Assembly (NCBI RefSeq): GCF_016432865.1
Contig: NC_067403.1
Location: 254,882,001 to 254,946,000 of the forward strand
DNA length: 64,000 nt
Direction of reading: 5' to 3'
DNA from: Antechinus flavipes
Lineage: Eukaryota
The first letter of the stretch is position 1, and every line of letters begins with the position of its first letter. Both the position numbers and the translations under genes were made by a program. Shown here piece by piece: positions 12,082 through 39,120 of the stretch. Below the pieces are notes generated by a model. That model did no database searches. It was given only the letters and a program-made list of their open reading frames with translations, and was not told the origin of the DNA.

Positions 12082-12178
12082 CCATTACCGAGACATCCCA
12101 TTCCCATTACCGAGACATCCCATTCCCATTACCGAGACATCCCATTCCCATTACCGAGACGCCCATTCCCATTACCGG
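12082..12178 (+). repeat. 22-bp tandem repeat x~4.4
   Basis: Unit ccattaccgagacatcccattc. Confidence 0.9.
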
Positions 12179-12719
12179 GGCTTGGAGAGTGTCCGGAGAG
12201 GAAAAAAGCCCTCTTCCAGGGAGCCCTCTGGGACCATTGCACCGGAGAATTAACACTCACTCTTCCATTGTCTGCTGAGGGCACTTTCCCAGGCGGGGCC
12301 TCCAGAAAATTCCCCCCTCCCCTCCCCAGCAGCTCCGAGTCTTCAGGAAGTCTGGAAGGAGGAGGGATGGCAGGGACTTGAAAGATGCGCATGAGGCAAA
12401 TTAGGAAACTGAGGCAGATCGGCAAAGGGTCGGGCCCCAGGTCAGCCAAGCACATGTCCTAGGGCCTCCCAGAGGGGATGGTGAGGCTCATGGAGGCCCC
12501 TCCAGACGTCAGGAAAGGGCTCGGAGAGACCCAAGTGCCTTGGCCAAGGTATCTGGGGAGAGGGGCCAGAGGCAGCATCCTCGCCCCCTCCCTCGTCTCC
12601 CCCCACAGAATCTGCTTCTTCCACCCAGGGGGGCCTCTCGCTCTCCCCAAACTCTCATCTCTTCCCAGACTCTCCAGACTCTGCTTGGAACTCTGGGCTG
12701 GCTTTCCTGGGATCTAGAT

Positions 12720-13995
12720 CTTAACTTCCTCTTCCCTCTTCTCTGTCTCTTCTCTCTAGCTCTGTCTCTCTCCCGTCTCTGCCCCTCTTCTCTTTAGTTC
12801 CCTCTCTCTCTTCTCTTTAGCTCTATTTCTCTTCCATCTCTGCCTGTCTCTTTAGCTCTCTTCTCTCTTGCTCTGTCTCTCTTTTTGTCTCTCGCAGCTC
12901 TGTATCTTTGTCTCTCTCCTCTCTAGCTCTGTCTCTCTTCCATCTCTCTTTTCTCTAGTTGCATCTCTTCCAGGTCTATCTCTCTTCTCTCTGTCTCTCT
13001 CTGTCTCTCTCCAGTTCTCTCTTTAGCTCTGTCTCTGCCTGTCCCATCTCTGCCCATCTCTGTATCTTTATCTCCTCTCTAGCTCTGTCTTCCATCTCTG
13101 CCTGTCTCTCCCTGACTCTCTTCTCTAGCTTTGTCTTTCTTCCATTTGTCTCTCTTCTGTTTAATTCTCTTCCCTTTTTACCTGCCTCTCTAGCTCTCTT
13201 CTCTAGCTGTCTCTCTTCATCTCTGTCTCTTCTCTAGCTCTTTCTTTCGTCTCTCTAGCTTTGTCTTTTTTCCATCTGTCTCTTTTCTATTTCGTTTTCT
13301 CTTCCATCTCTGCCTCTCTCTAGCTCTGTCCCTTTTCTCTGTCTCTTTCACCTCTTTTTTCTCTAGTTCTGCCTCTTCCAGCTCTATCTTCTCTCTAGCT
13401 GGCTCCATCTCTCTTCCATCTTCCATCTCTGTTTCTCCCCAGCTCTCTCTTTAGGTCTTTTTTCTCTCTAGCTGGGTCTCTCTCCCATCTCTGTATCTTT
13501 CTCTCTTCTCTCGTTCTCTCTCTTCCATTTCTCTCTTTCTCTCTAGTTCTGCCTCTTCCAGCTCTAGCTTCTCTCTAGCTCTGTCCCTTTTCTCTGTCTC
13601 TTTCACCTCTTTTTTCTCTAGTTCTGCCTCTTCCAGCTCTATCTTCTCTCTAGCTGGCTCCATCTCTCTTCCATCTTCCATCTCTATTTCTCCCCAGCTC
13701 TCTCTTTAGTTCTTTTTTCTCTCTAGCTGGGTCTCTCTCCCATCTCTGTATCTTTCTCTCTTCTCTCTCTTCCATTTCTCTCTTTCTCTCTAGTTCTGCC
13801 TCTTCCAGCTCTAGCTTCTCTCTAGCTCTGACTCCGTCTCCCTTCCTTCTTCCAGCTCTGGCTCTCTTGAGTTCTTTTTTCTCTCTAACTCTGTCTCAGG
13901 CTGTCTCTCCCACCTCTGCCCCACCTCCGTACTTTGTCTCTCTCCTCTCTCTGTCTCTGGCCTCTCACCGCTCCCTCCCCATCTCTGTCTTTCTC
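12720..13995 (+). repeat. ~1.3-kb CT-rich low-complexity tract with internal duplications
   Basis: Near-pure C/T strand with recurrent ctctctagct; minus-strand ORFs 13217-13426 and 13451-13681 begin with the same 37 residues, 255 bp apart. Confidence 0.9.
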
Positions 13996-15194
13996 TCTGC
14001 ACGGGTTCTAGCTCCAGTTCTTCCTCTGCTAATGAATCCCCCTGAGATCCAGCCCCCAACTCCGGAGCTGCGGGACGGAGGGAGGCGGCCTGGAGCAGTT
14101 GGGCGTGATCTGCGCCTTAGAAGACCCCGGCCCTGGCTGCGGGACCCCCGGGCTTCTCCCAGCAGCTTCATGGGGTGAGCCGGTCTGAGCTCCCTCAGCC
14201 CCCCCGGAGGCTGTAAGTTCCCTCTGGACGGAGGCCAGCAGGGACCGCGGTGCCTTGGTAGCTGTCTCCCTCTATCCAGTCTCGGGATTCGACTCCGGGG
14301 GGAGTCTGAGAACAAAGGGCAGGAGAAAGGCCGTGGCCTCCACTTCAGAGACCCGGGTGGGCTTTCTAGGCTTGGCCCTTCCGCTGCCCTTTGGCCAGAT
14401 CCCTTCTTGCTGAGCTGGGCGCCAGTCCGGGAGAATTGCTCTGTACCTCAGCCCCTTCATCTGAGAAATGGGTATGTTCCCATCTGCCCGAGAAGGCGCA
14501 GTCGGCAATCCCGGAAGAACTGGAATACGGAGAGCTCCTGTATTGTTTCCTGCTCCAGGAAGATGAGTCAGTGGAGCGAGAGGCTCTCCGAGGCCCCGCC
14601 ATCTGGGAAGGCTCCGATGTGTATGTAGGTGCCAGACCGGGATGCTCGACAGTGGGCAATTTAGCCAAGAAAATTGTCAGCAATTGGACTTGAGGTCAGG
14701 GAACCCTGTGGTTAGCCCTAGCGGGGATCCGCCCCAGCCGTCCCTCCCTAGCAGGAGGCTGACTTGGGAGAGGAAAGGAAGGCGCTCTGGGAGCCCGGCT
14801 GGAGGAGAGCAGGGAGCCAGGCCCCGGGGGAGGGGGGAGCCAGGCCCCGGGGGAGGGGGGAGCATCTGCTCCACTTGGCCGCTTCCCAGGGCATCCTGGG
14901 AGCCGGAGGGGCCTCCCCCGAGGCAGCAGAGCGGACTTTCTGAGAATCCCGGTGACCCCGGCGGGACCTAAAGGCTCTGGGGCCAGGCCGGCAGGCGGCT
15001 TGTGTACGGAGGCAGGCCTAGTAAAGCGGCTTCCTCCTGTCCTGGCTAAGCTTAGTGCCAGTGACTTGTCCAGGGTCACCCAGTCAGGATTCCCTCCTTG
15101 CGAGGCAGCGGTGGTGTCCCAGTGCACGGAGCGCCCAGGCGGGAGTCTGCCAGCTCAACTATGACTTCAGACACTTCGGGAGACCCTTCACCCC

Positions 15195-15290
15195 ATGACT
15201 CAGTTTCCTCATCTGTAAAAGGAGAAGCAAATGGCGAACCACTCTGTTATCTTTGCCAAGAAAACCCCAAATAGGGTCTCGGAGGAGCTC
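15195..15290 (+). mobile_element. MAR1-type marsupial SINE 3' part
   Basis: CORE cagtttcctcatctgtaaaa plus RTE-like tail ggagaagcaaatggcgaaccactc...ctttgccaagaaaaccccaaat. Confidence 0.75.
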
Positions 15291-15593
15291 TTAATTAATC
15301 TTTTTGTCTGGGGACCGCATCTGACACTTAGTAGGCACCTAATGCAGGTGAATTGAGCCATTTCTGATTGCAAAGCTGAAACTTTCCTCATCTGTAAAAT
15401 GGGGGTAATCCGACTTCTTTCCGAGGGCTGGGCTTTCAGAAAGGGCTTGGCCCCCCCTCAAGGCCGCAGACCTGGGAGGAACCCTTATGGCTATTTGTAC
15501 AGAAGAGGAAACTGAGGCTCAAGCAGGCCAGCCTCTCCCCTCCTCCCCCAACGCCAGGCACACTTGCCAGGCTGGCTGCAGCCCCAGCAGGAG

Positions 15594-16104
15594 ACCTTGC
15601 CACCCTCCCTCTCCTCCCACCTTGCCAGCCTCCCCCTCCTCCCACCTTGCCAGCCTCCCCCTCCTCCTACCTTGCCAGCCTCCCCCTCCTCCCACCTTGC
15701 CAGCCTCTCCCCTCCTCCCACCTTGCCAGCCTCCCCCTCCTCCCACCTTGCCAGCCTCCCCCTCCTCCCACCTTGCCAGCCTCTCCCCTCCTCCCACCTT
15801 GCCACCCTCCCCCTCCTCCCACCTTGCCAGCCTCCCCCTCCTCCCACCTTGTCAGCCTCTCCCCTCCTCCCACCTTGCCACCCTCCCCCTCCTCCCACCT
15901 TGCCAGGCTCCCCCTCCTCCCACCTTGCCAGCCTCCCCTTCCTCCCACCTTGCCAGCCTCCCCCTCCTCCCACCTTGCCAGCCTCCCCCTCCTCCCACCT
16001 TGCCACCCTCCCCCTCCTCCCACCTTGCCACCCTCCCCCTCCTCCCACCTTACCACCCTCCCCCTCCTCCCACCTTGCCAGCCTCCCCCTCCTCCCACCT
16101 TGCC
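15594..16104 (+). repeat. ~24-25-bp C-rich minisatellite x~21
   Basis: Unit ctcccaccttgccagcctccccctc; accounts for the Pro-rich and Gly-rich ORFs at 15487-16279. Confidence 0.95.
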
Positions 16105-17503
16105 GTCTTTCTGGGTTTCTAGGTCCAGCCTTAGGTAAAATTGTGGCCTGCACAGAACTGGGCTCAGCCCCTCTAGAGTTCTCCTCTGCGAAGCCCCAGC
16201 TCTGGCTCGGGGGCGGGGGCCCACAGGCAGGCTCCGAGCCAGGCCCCTGAGGGCTCCGAGCCCCGCCCCTCGCCCCCACCCCGCCCCCACCCCTGATTTT
16301 TCTCGAGGCCGGCTCTTTCTCTCTCCCGAAGGCGCTCCCAGAGGGCAGGGGCTGCCCAAGGCCAGGGGCAGAAACGGGGCGGGGGGGGGCCCGGCTTTGA
16401 GAGGCTTTTGCTTTGGCCAGCCTGCGGACCCCCCATTTCGGAGCCCCCGGCTTCCCCCCGCCACCAGAGTGTGCTGAGCGCCCCCCCTCGGGGCGCTAGT
16501 GCGAGGCTCGTGTCCCTCCCCCAGGGTAAACACGGCCGGGCTGAGAACGTGGGGGCCGGCTGGGGGGGGGGGGCTGGGGGGGAGGGTCCCGAGCTCCGCA
16601 GGCCGGAGACCGGCTTGGAAACATCTTGCTGTGTGACTTCGAACAAGTGGCTTCCCCCTCTGGTTCCCAGCAAGCGCTTCACAACTTTGGGAAGAGGAGG
16701 AAGCGGCGGGCGGGGAGCGTGGGGCCGGCGGCTGAGGCTCCGGCCACTTGGGCTCTCTCGGGAGCTCGGGGGCCAGGCGTCCCCGGATCTTCCGCGGTTC
16801 TGCGGGGAGAAAGGGCCATTAGGCACTAAGTGCTTCCGACCGAGGGGAGGGGGGGCTGCAGATGAGGGGGGATGGCAAGCTGGGGGAGGGAGGAGGCGGG
16901 GTGGGGGCCACTGGCTGGGGGAGGGAGGGGTGGCTAGCTGGGGGAGAGAGGAGGAGGGAGGGGCGGGTGAACGGCTGATTGGGGGAGACGGGGAGGAGGG
17001 AGAAGGGAGGCTGGGAATGCGGGCTTCTTCCAGAACAGAGCGAGGCAGCAGGAGCCCAGCCGGGACCGGGATGCTCAGTCCGTTCTGAACCCCGGGAGCC
17101 TGGACCCCGGCCCTGGACCCGGGCCCTGGACCTCGAGCCGGGCCGTCCTCGCCTGACCGCCAGGGGGCGAGGACTCCTGCCCCAGCTCCAGCCGGGACTC
17201 CTGAGTTCTGGGAAGGCAGTGGGACCGGAGGGGCGGGAGGAGCCGAGGGGCGTGGCTCTCCAGGCCCCGCCCCTCAGAGGCCCCGCCCCGCCTGCCCGGG
17301 CCGCCCCGAGAGAAAGTCCCGGACTGCGCTGCCGCCTCCTCCTCCTCCTCCTCCACCCCCTCCTGCTCCTCCTGCTCTGCTGCCCCCGCCGCTGCGCTCG
17401 GGCGCGGGGAGCCGGACCCTGACCGGACCGTCGGGGTTCGAGCCCGCAGCCTGGTGCGGCTCGCCCTCCGCCCTGGCCCCCGGCCCCGGCTCCCGGGAGA
17501 GCC

Positions 17504-33719
<16,216 letters not shown>

Positions 33720-33758
33720 GCCCGGGGGGGGGGCAGGGCGCCGGTGGAAAGGGAAGAC

Positions 33759-34278
33759 ACTAAAGCTGTTTTTAAAACTTTTTATTTTTTTTTAAATTTT
33801 TTATTTTTTTAAATTCGGGGGGCAAGAAGCCCCCCCCTCCGTAACCCTCTCCAGTCCCAGCGGGGGGGTGTCCGTCCGTCTGCATGTGCGTGCGTGTACC
33901 TGTGCATCCGTGTGTCCCCTTAGTCTCCAGCCCCCTCCCCCCAGAGCTGATAACTAGGGCGGGCCCTGACCTGCCCGGGGCCAAGGATCAGCTGAGGTGG
34001 CTGGGGAGATAAGGGATAAAGTGGGGCCCGCCCCTCCCCCTCACACGATGCTCACACTCCAGAGGCAGGAATGCCCCTCCCCCCAGCATAATGTCATCGA
34101 GATCCCGGGATGTGGTGGAAGTATCCCCCTCCCCCCACTGTGCTCCCCAGGCCCGTGAAGCCTCTTGGGGGGCGTGGTCAGGAAGGTGGGGCTGGGGACA
34201 CTCGCTCTCTCCAGCGTTGGGGGTCAGAAGCATCCATTTCTGTCTCTTCTGCTTGTTTTTGGTTTCTATGTCAATAAA
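33759..34278 (+). terminator. PLCB3 polyadenylation signals: proximal ACTAAA 33759-33764, distal AATAAA 34273-34278
   Basis: The proximal variant hexamer is followed by a long T-rich tract; the distal canonical hexamer is followed by GT-rich sequence. Confidence 0.6.
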
Positions 34279-34789
34279 AGTGGATTCCAAGGCGTGTACC
34301 ACCTGTTCTTGTGTGCATGGGGATTGGCGAGGTGGGGATCCCCGAACTCAGGGGCAGCCTCCGCAATCAGGGATTGGATAGACGAGAAAGCCCGAGATTC
34401 TCTCTAGCCCCTTTCAGGCTAGCTTCTCCTCTGTTAGTGTCCCCAGACACCGTTGGAGCGCCCTTCCCATCCTCTGCCACACAATCCAACCCATCTTTCC
34501 GGGCTCGCCCTGAACTGGACCCGGCTGCATCCCTACAAACAGTCCTAGGGTGGGTGAAAGTCCTCCAGGCACAGAACTCTTCTAGCCCGTACCTGTGGAG
34601 ACCAGATCTTGGAAGCTGGGATGATGGGTGTCCTCTTGTCCCTGGAGGGCCCGGAGCAGGGCTGTTTAATTATTCAATGCTCTTGATTCAAGGCTTTCCA
34701 AGAGGGACTGGAGCAGCCCCTTGGGGAATAATGGCTCACCCAAATCTCTGAGCTCCATCCTTGGAGAACTTGTCCAAAAACATCCTCAG

Positions 34790-35720
34790 AATCAATCAAT
34801 AAACCAGAGCTCCCGAATTAGGCTTGGTGCTAAGTGTTGGCCATTAAAAAAAAGTCTTTCCCTCAAGGATCTCACAGTCCGATGGGGAAGGAAGGCGACA
34901 AGCAAACAGTATAAACAAACTATAGGCAGGAAAAACAGGACATAATTAATGGAAAGCACTGGGATTAAGCATTGGGGAAGACTTCCTGCACAAAGTGGGG
35001 TTTTTGTTGGGATCTAAAGGAAGCCAGGGAGGTCACTGATCAGAACTGGCGGAGAAAGAGCCTTCTGGGCATTGGGGGAGAATGTTCAGGTGAAAGGTCC
35101 TTTTCACAGAACATCTCAGAGGCCAGTATCACTGTTGGGGAATAAGGTTGTAAGAATGGAAAAGGTGAGGGAAGAAATGTAGCAAAGGTGAAATCTACAA
35201 GAGATACTCCAAAGGTGAAATCTACAGGAGATACTTCAAAGATGAAATCTACAGGAGATACTTCAAAGGTGAAATCTACAGGAGATATTCCAAAGGTGAA
35301 ATCTACAAGAGATACTCCAAAGATGAAATCTACAAGAGATGCTAAAAAATAAGATCTGCGAGATATATTCCCAAGGTGAAATCTACAAGAGATGTCACAA
35401 AGGTGAAATCTACAGGAGATATTTCAAAAGTGAAATCTATTAAGAAATGGCTGGAAAAGTGAAAGGCCTTTTTGCTTGGGGCTGGAGGGGAGTCCAGGAT
35501 GACTCCTAGATTGTGCGCCTGAGGGAGTGGGAGGATGGCAGTATGGTAATGGGGAAACTGGGAGTGGGGGGAGGGGTGGAACAAGGTGGAGGTAAGATCA
35601 TTAGTTCTGTTTTAGACATGTTGAGTTTAATGCATGCAACCTGAGACTGAAAGATGGCTGGAGATGTGAGAGAAACAGAATGGGGCAGAAAAGATATATC
35701 TGAGAAGCACAAAGATAGTC
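34790..35720 (-). mobile_element. L2 LINE 3' fragment (degenerate ORF2 end)
   Basis: Minus-strand peptides KLNMSKTELMI and QAHNLGVILDS resemble the L2 RT C-terminus; L2 3' tail aatcaatcaataaa...gtgctaagtg...cctcaagga at 34790-34880. Confidence 0.75.
35185..35440 (+). repeat. 27-bp tandem repeat x~9 within the L2 fragment
   Basis: Unit aaggtgaaatctacaggagatacttca. Confidence 0.9.
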
Positions 35721-37245
35721 ATTAAATCTATCTTTATTTTTTTTTTAATTCATTTAATTTGGGAGCCTGGTTCTTGGCTCCCGTTAGCACAACCCTTCTG
35801 CTCTCTTGCTCCTCCATCATTTTCTGCTTTCCTGACATTATATTACACGGGATTCACCTATTCTATTGGACTGATCACCTTCTCTTTGATCCTACATCTT
35901 TGGTCCAGTTTTTCATTTACTCAAATACTGTGGCTAGGATTTTTTTTTTAAGTTCATATGGGTCGCTGACCTTGTGGTCATTGACCTAAGAGTGAAATGC
36001 TTAGGTCCGAGTAGACCTGGAGTCTACAATGACCCGTCTTCAATAGCAGACTTTTGAGGAACCTGGTATTTATCGGGAGAAAAGTAAAGAGGAACAAGAT
36101 GGTCTTTGGTCTGCAAAGGACTGGGGGATTCCTCAGGCCCCCAGGGCCCCCCATTTTGGAACCCACTAATTCTAGTGCAATCTGTTCATTTTATAAGCTA
36201 GGAGGGAACCACGGAAGCAGCAGAGCCAGGCCTGGAAGCCAGGTGTCCTGAATTGAGGTCGTTGGCTCTTGCCAGCACCCCCCACTGCTCTTCCCCGCCT
36301 TGACCTACCCCCGCTAGAGGAGCTCCTAGGCTGCCTGTTCATTCTGCTGTCACTTTCCTGAAGGGCTGAACCCTGGGGAGAGCAGCAGCCCTGGGCAGGG
36401 TCCCTGGGGCGGCTATTTCTGGAGTGTGCTTTCTATTTAAGGTGTATCAGGCTGGAGAGCTGCTCCCCAAGCACGTGCCTCCCAGCATGGCTGCAAGCCT
36501 GCGGCCCAGCTGGGGCCCCAGGCAGCGGGAGAGCAGTTCCGGCCGGTCCTGGGAGATGAAGAAAAAGGCCACCAGAGGCTGACCCGAAGGGAGCCGGCCC
36601 CGTGCCCGTTGCAGCTGGATGAGAAGGCAGAGGCCTGGCTAGGGGACTGTGGGATCTCAGGTGAATCATTCGCTGCTTTGGGCTTCAGCTTTTCCTTAGA
36701 GTAAAAATAGGGGCCCCGATTATCCTTCCTAAAAGGGGCTCGATGATCCCTCCCAGTGGGGGCTCCGACTATCCCTCCCCGCCCCGGCATTCCACCTTCT
36801 AAGGCCCCTCCGAGGCTGATGTTAAATGCTCTAAGGCCATTTCCAGCCTTGCAGTTCCACATCCTAGGGCCCGCCCTGCCCCAGAATCCTCCATTCTCAG
36901 GGCTCCCAGCTCGGGTGGTCCGGGATCCTCAGCTGCCCTGTTCCCGCAGCCCCGGGGTCAGGAGGCTGACTTCCGACTCTCCCTGTTCCCCCTCCCGCCT
37001 CCCCACCCATTAGGGCCGAAAGGCCTGAGCCGGGAGAGGAAGGCAGTTTCTTATCTCCTGCCAATGGGCTGTTCTCTCGCTTTTTGCCAAAGTTCGGAGC
37101 AAACAGGAGATGGGGTGGGGAGGAAGGGAGGCTCGCTCGGGGAGATTACAAAGAAGCAACATCTTTGCCAAGGAGTCCCGGCTCCGGCCCCTTGGTGGAC
37201 GCGGAGCGGCCGCATGGAGCCTCGTGGGAGCGCCTGCGGGAGCTT

Positions 37246-37338
37246 GAGCCCGCTGCCCGGCCTGCCCTCCCCTCGAGCCCGCTGCCCGGCCTGCCCTCCC
37301 CTCGAGCCCGCTGCCCGGCCTGCCCTCCCCTCGAGCCC
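37246..37338 (+). repeat. 29-bp tandem repeat x3
   Basis: Unit gagcccgctgcccggcctgccctcccctc. Confidence 0.9.
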
Positions 37339-37699
37339 AGCCACTTTCTCTTTGTGCCCTCGGTTGATCCTTTGGGGTTGGATTATTTAAATCTGGCGCC
37401 TCACTTTCTTGTTCTGAAAAGGTGGCTCTGTCCCAGACGGCCCATAAATGTTCCTTGTCGATGTTAAGTCCAGCTTGACTTTCCTGACATTGGAAGTTTC
37501 CCATAATCAGGCTTCACCTGTTCCCTGGGCAATCAGGCCCCACATACAACCACCCCTGCTCCCTGAAAGCTTTCCTGCCCAGCCCGGGTCCGAGCTAGCC
37601 CTCAAGGCTCACCTGCTGTGGAAAGCCGGCCTTGACCATGAAAACATCCCAATTGGATGGAAGGCACCAGGAACGCCTCTACTCTCACTCCTTTCTTTG

Positions 37700-38100
37700 A
37701 TAAAATGAAGAAACTGAGACTCAGAATCATAGAATCCCAAGAAAGGAACCCAGAGAGCTTGCCACTCTCTTTTTTTGTTATTTTTGCTGAGGGTTACAGT
37801 GACTTGCCCAGGGTCACACAGCTTAACAGGAAGTGTTAAGTGTCTGAGGTCGAATTTGAACTCGGGTCCTCCGACTTCAGGGCCGGTGCGCCACCTAGCT
37901 GCCGGATCCCACTCTCTTTTTATAGATTAGGAAAAAGTTGTTTTTGCCTTTCTCCACAGGTCTGGCACAGTACTTGGCAAGAGGCCATTAGTTACTAGCT
38001 TGGGAGACAATCTTTCCTAATTTATTTTACAGATACGGAAACTGAGGCAGAGTTAAGTGAGTCACACAGATTCTGAGGCCAGATTGTAACTCAGAGTCTT
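37700..38100 (-). mobile_element. Cluster of MIR and WSINE/MAR1-type SINE fragments
   Basis: gtgacttgcccagggtcacacagc...gaatttgaactcgggtcctccgacttcagggcc...gcgccacctagctgcc is a reverse SINE head; ttttacagatacggaaactgaggcag is a MIR core. Confidence 0.75.
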
Positions 38101-38709
38101 CCTAACCCCAGGCCCAGCCTTCTACCTGTGGCACTAACCGGCCGCCCAAGGAGACAGAACAACCCGTTTCAAGCTCTTTCTGCGACCTTAGCCGGCTAGA
38201 GTCAGTTTGTTCCTCTGAGATAAGACTGGGGGTTAGAGGCCTCGAGGTCCCCTCCAGCTCTAGAGTCACCTCATCCTTAGGGTAGAGTCTTTCTGGTAAA
38301 GGATGTTTCATTGTCGGCAGTGTGCGGGGAAGCAGACACCCCCTCCCCCCAGGCTTCCTCCTCCATAGGGCTTATATAAGCAAATACAAGGGACTGACCA
38401 GGCCAAGTCCCCAAAGGCCCGTTCTCTGCTCACTTTGGAGGGTGGGGGGGAGGGAAGGAGCAATCCCAGAAGGCTTCTCGGCAGAGTAGCACCTAAACCG
38501 ACAAAAAAGGACCCGACATTCTAAACTGGTTCAGTCTGGCCGAAACCAATAGGGCCTGAAGCTGAAGGATGTCAGGCCAGGAAATGGGGAGCCACGGCAG
38601 GTTCCTGAGCTGCAGAGTGAGGCTCGGAACACCAGGGACACGATCCGGTGTCAGCCCAGCCTCAGACGCGGGAGGAGAAGCAGGAGACACAATAACAAAT
38701 GACTCGGCT

Positions 38710-38715
38710 TTTATT
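38710..38715 (-). terminator. BAD polyadenylation signal
   Basis: TTTATT on +, ~400 nt downstream of the BAD stop. Confidence 0.7.
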
Positions 38716-38799
38716 GCCACTTTTACATAGAGAAATCCTAGAGTCTGCTACAAGAGCAGCTCCCCGGGGGAGAAGTGGTTAATCTCGGCTCTGACCACG

Positions 38800-39075
38800 G
38801 CGCAGGCGCAACGAAGCCCCGCCCCCGAGCCGATTGTTAGGGGAGGATCGGGAAGTCTAGTTGCAGCCTCTTCCGGCGACCATGTTGGCTGTGGGCAGAA
38901 AAAGCCTGCCCGCTGTCGCGATGCCGGCGTCCTGGCTCCCCAAAGAATTCGCACGGCTCTGGCAAGATCCTAGTCACGCCACGGGCTCTCTGATTCCCTG
39001 AACTTTTACGCCTGCTCTCGGCCCCGGTAAGTCGGGGCAGAGCACTTCCGCCCTTACCCAACATGGCCGCCAAAC
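38800..39075 (+). promoter_or_regulatory. Antisense promoter-like element and candidate exon in the BAD 3' UTR (possible distal GPR137 first exon)
   Basis: NRF1-like GCGCAGGCGCA, GC box, ETS CTTCCG x2, YY1-like AACATGGC, and consensus donor CCG|GTAAGT at 39027. Confidence 0.5.
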
Positions 39076-39120
39076 TACTTCAGGGATGGGGTGCGTGTTA
39101 AGAGGGGGAAGGGGTGGGGG

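Noticed and set aside
13217-13681. Glu/Lys/Arg-rich coiled-coil-like ORFs on the minus strand
   Set aside because: Translation of the GA-rich low-complexity tract.
14391-14693. Protein-looking 100-aa ORF
   Set aside because: Starts at TTG, overlaps a MIR core remnant, and I recognise no family.
15487-16279. Extensin- or collagen-like repeat ORFs (likewise 22832-23530 and 31005-31689)
   Set aside because: Minisatellite translations open in many frames on both strands; intronic or intergenic.
35940-36130. Possible RTE LINE 3' fragment
   Set aside because: Similarity by eye too weak to support.
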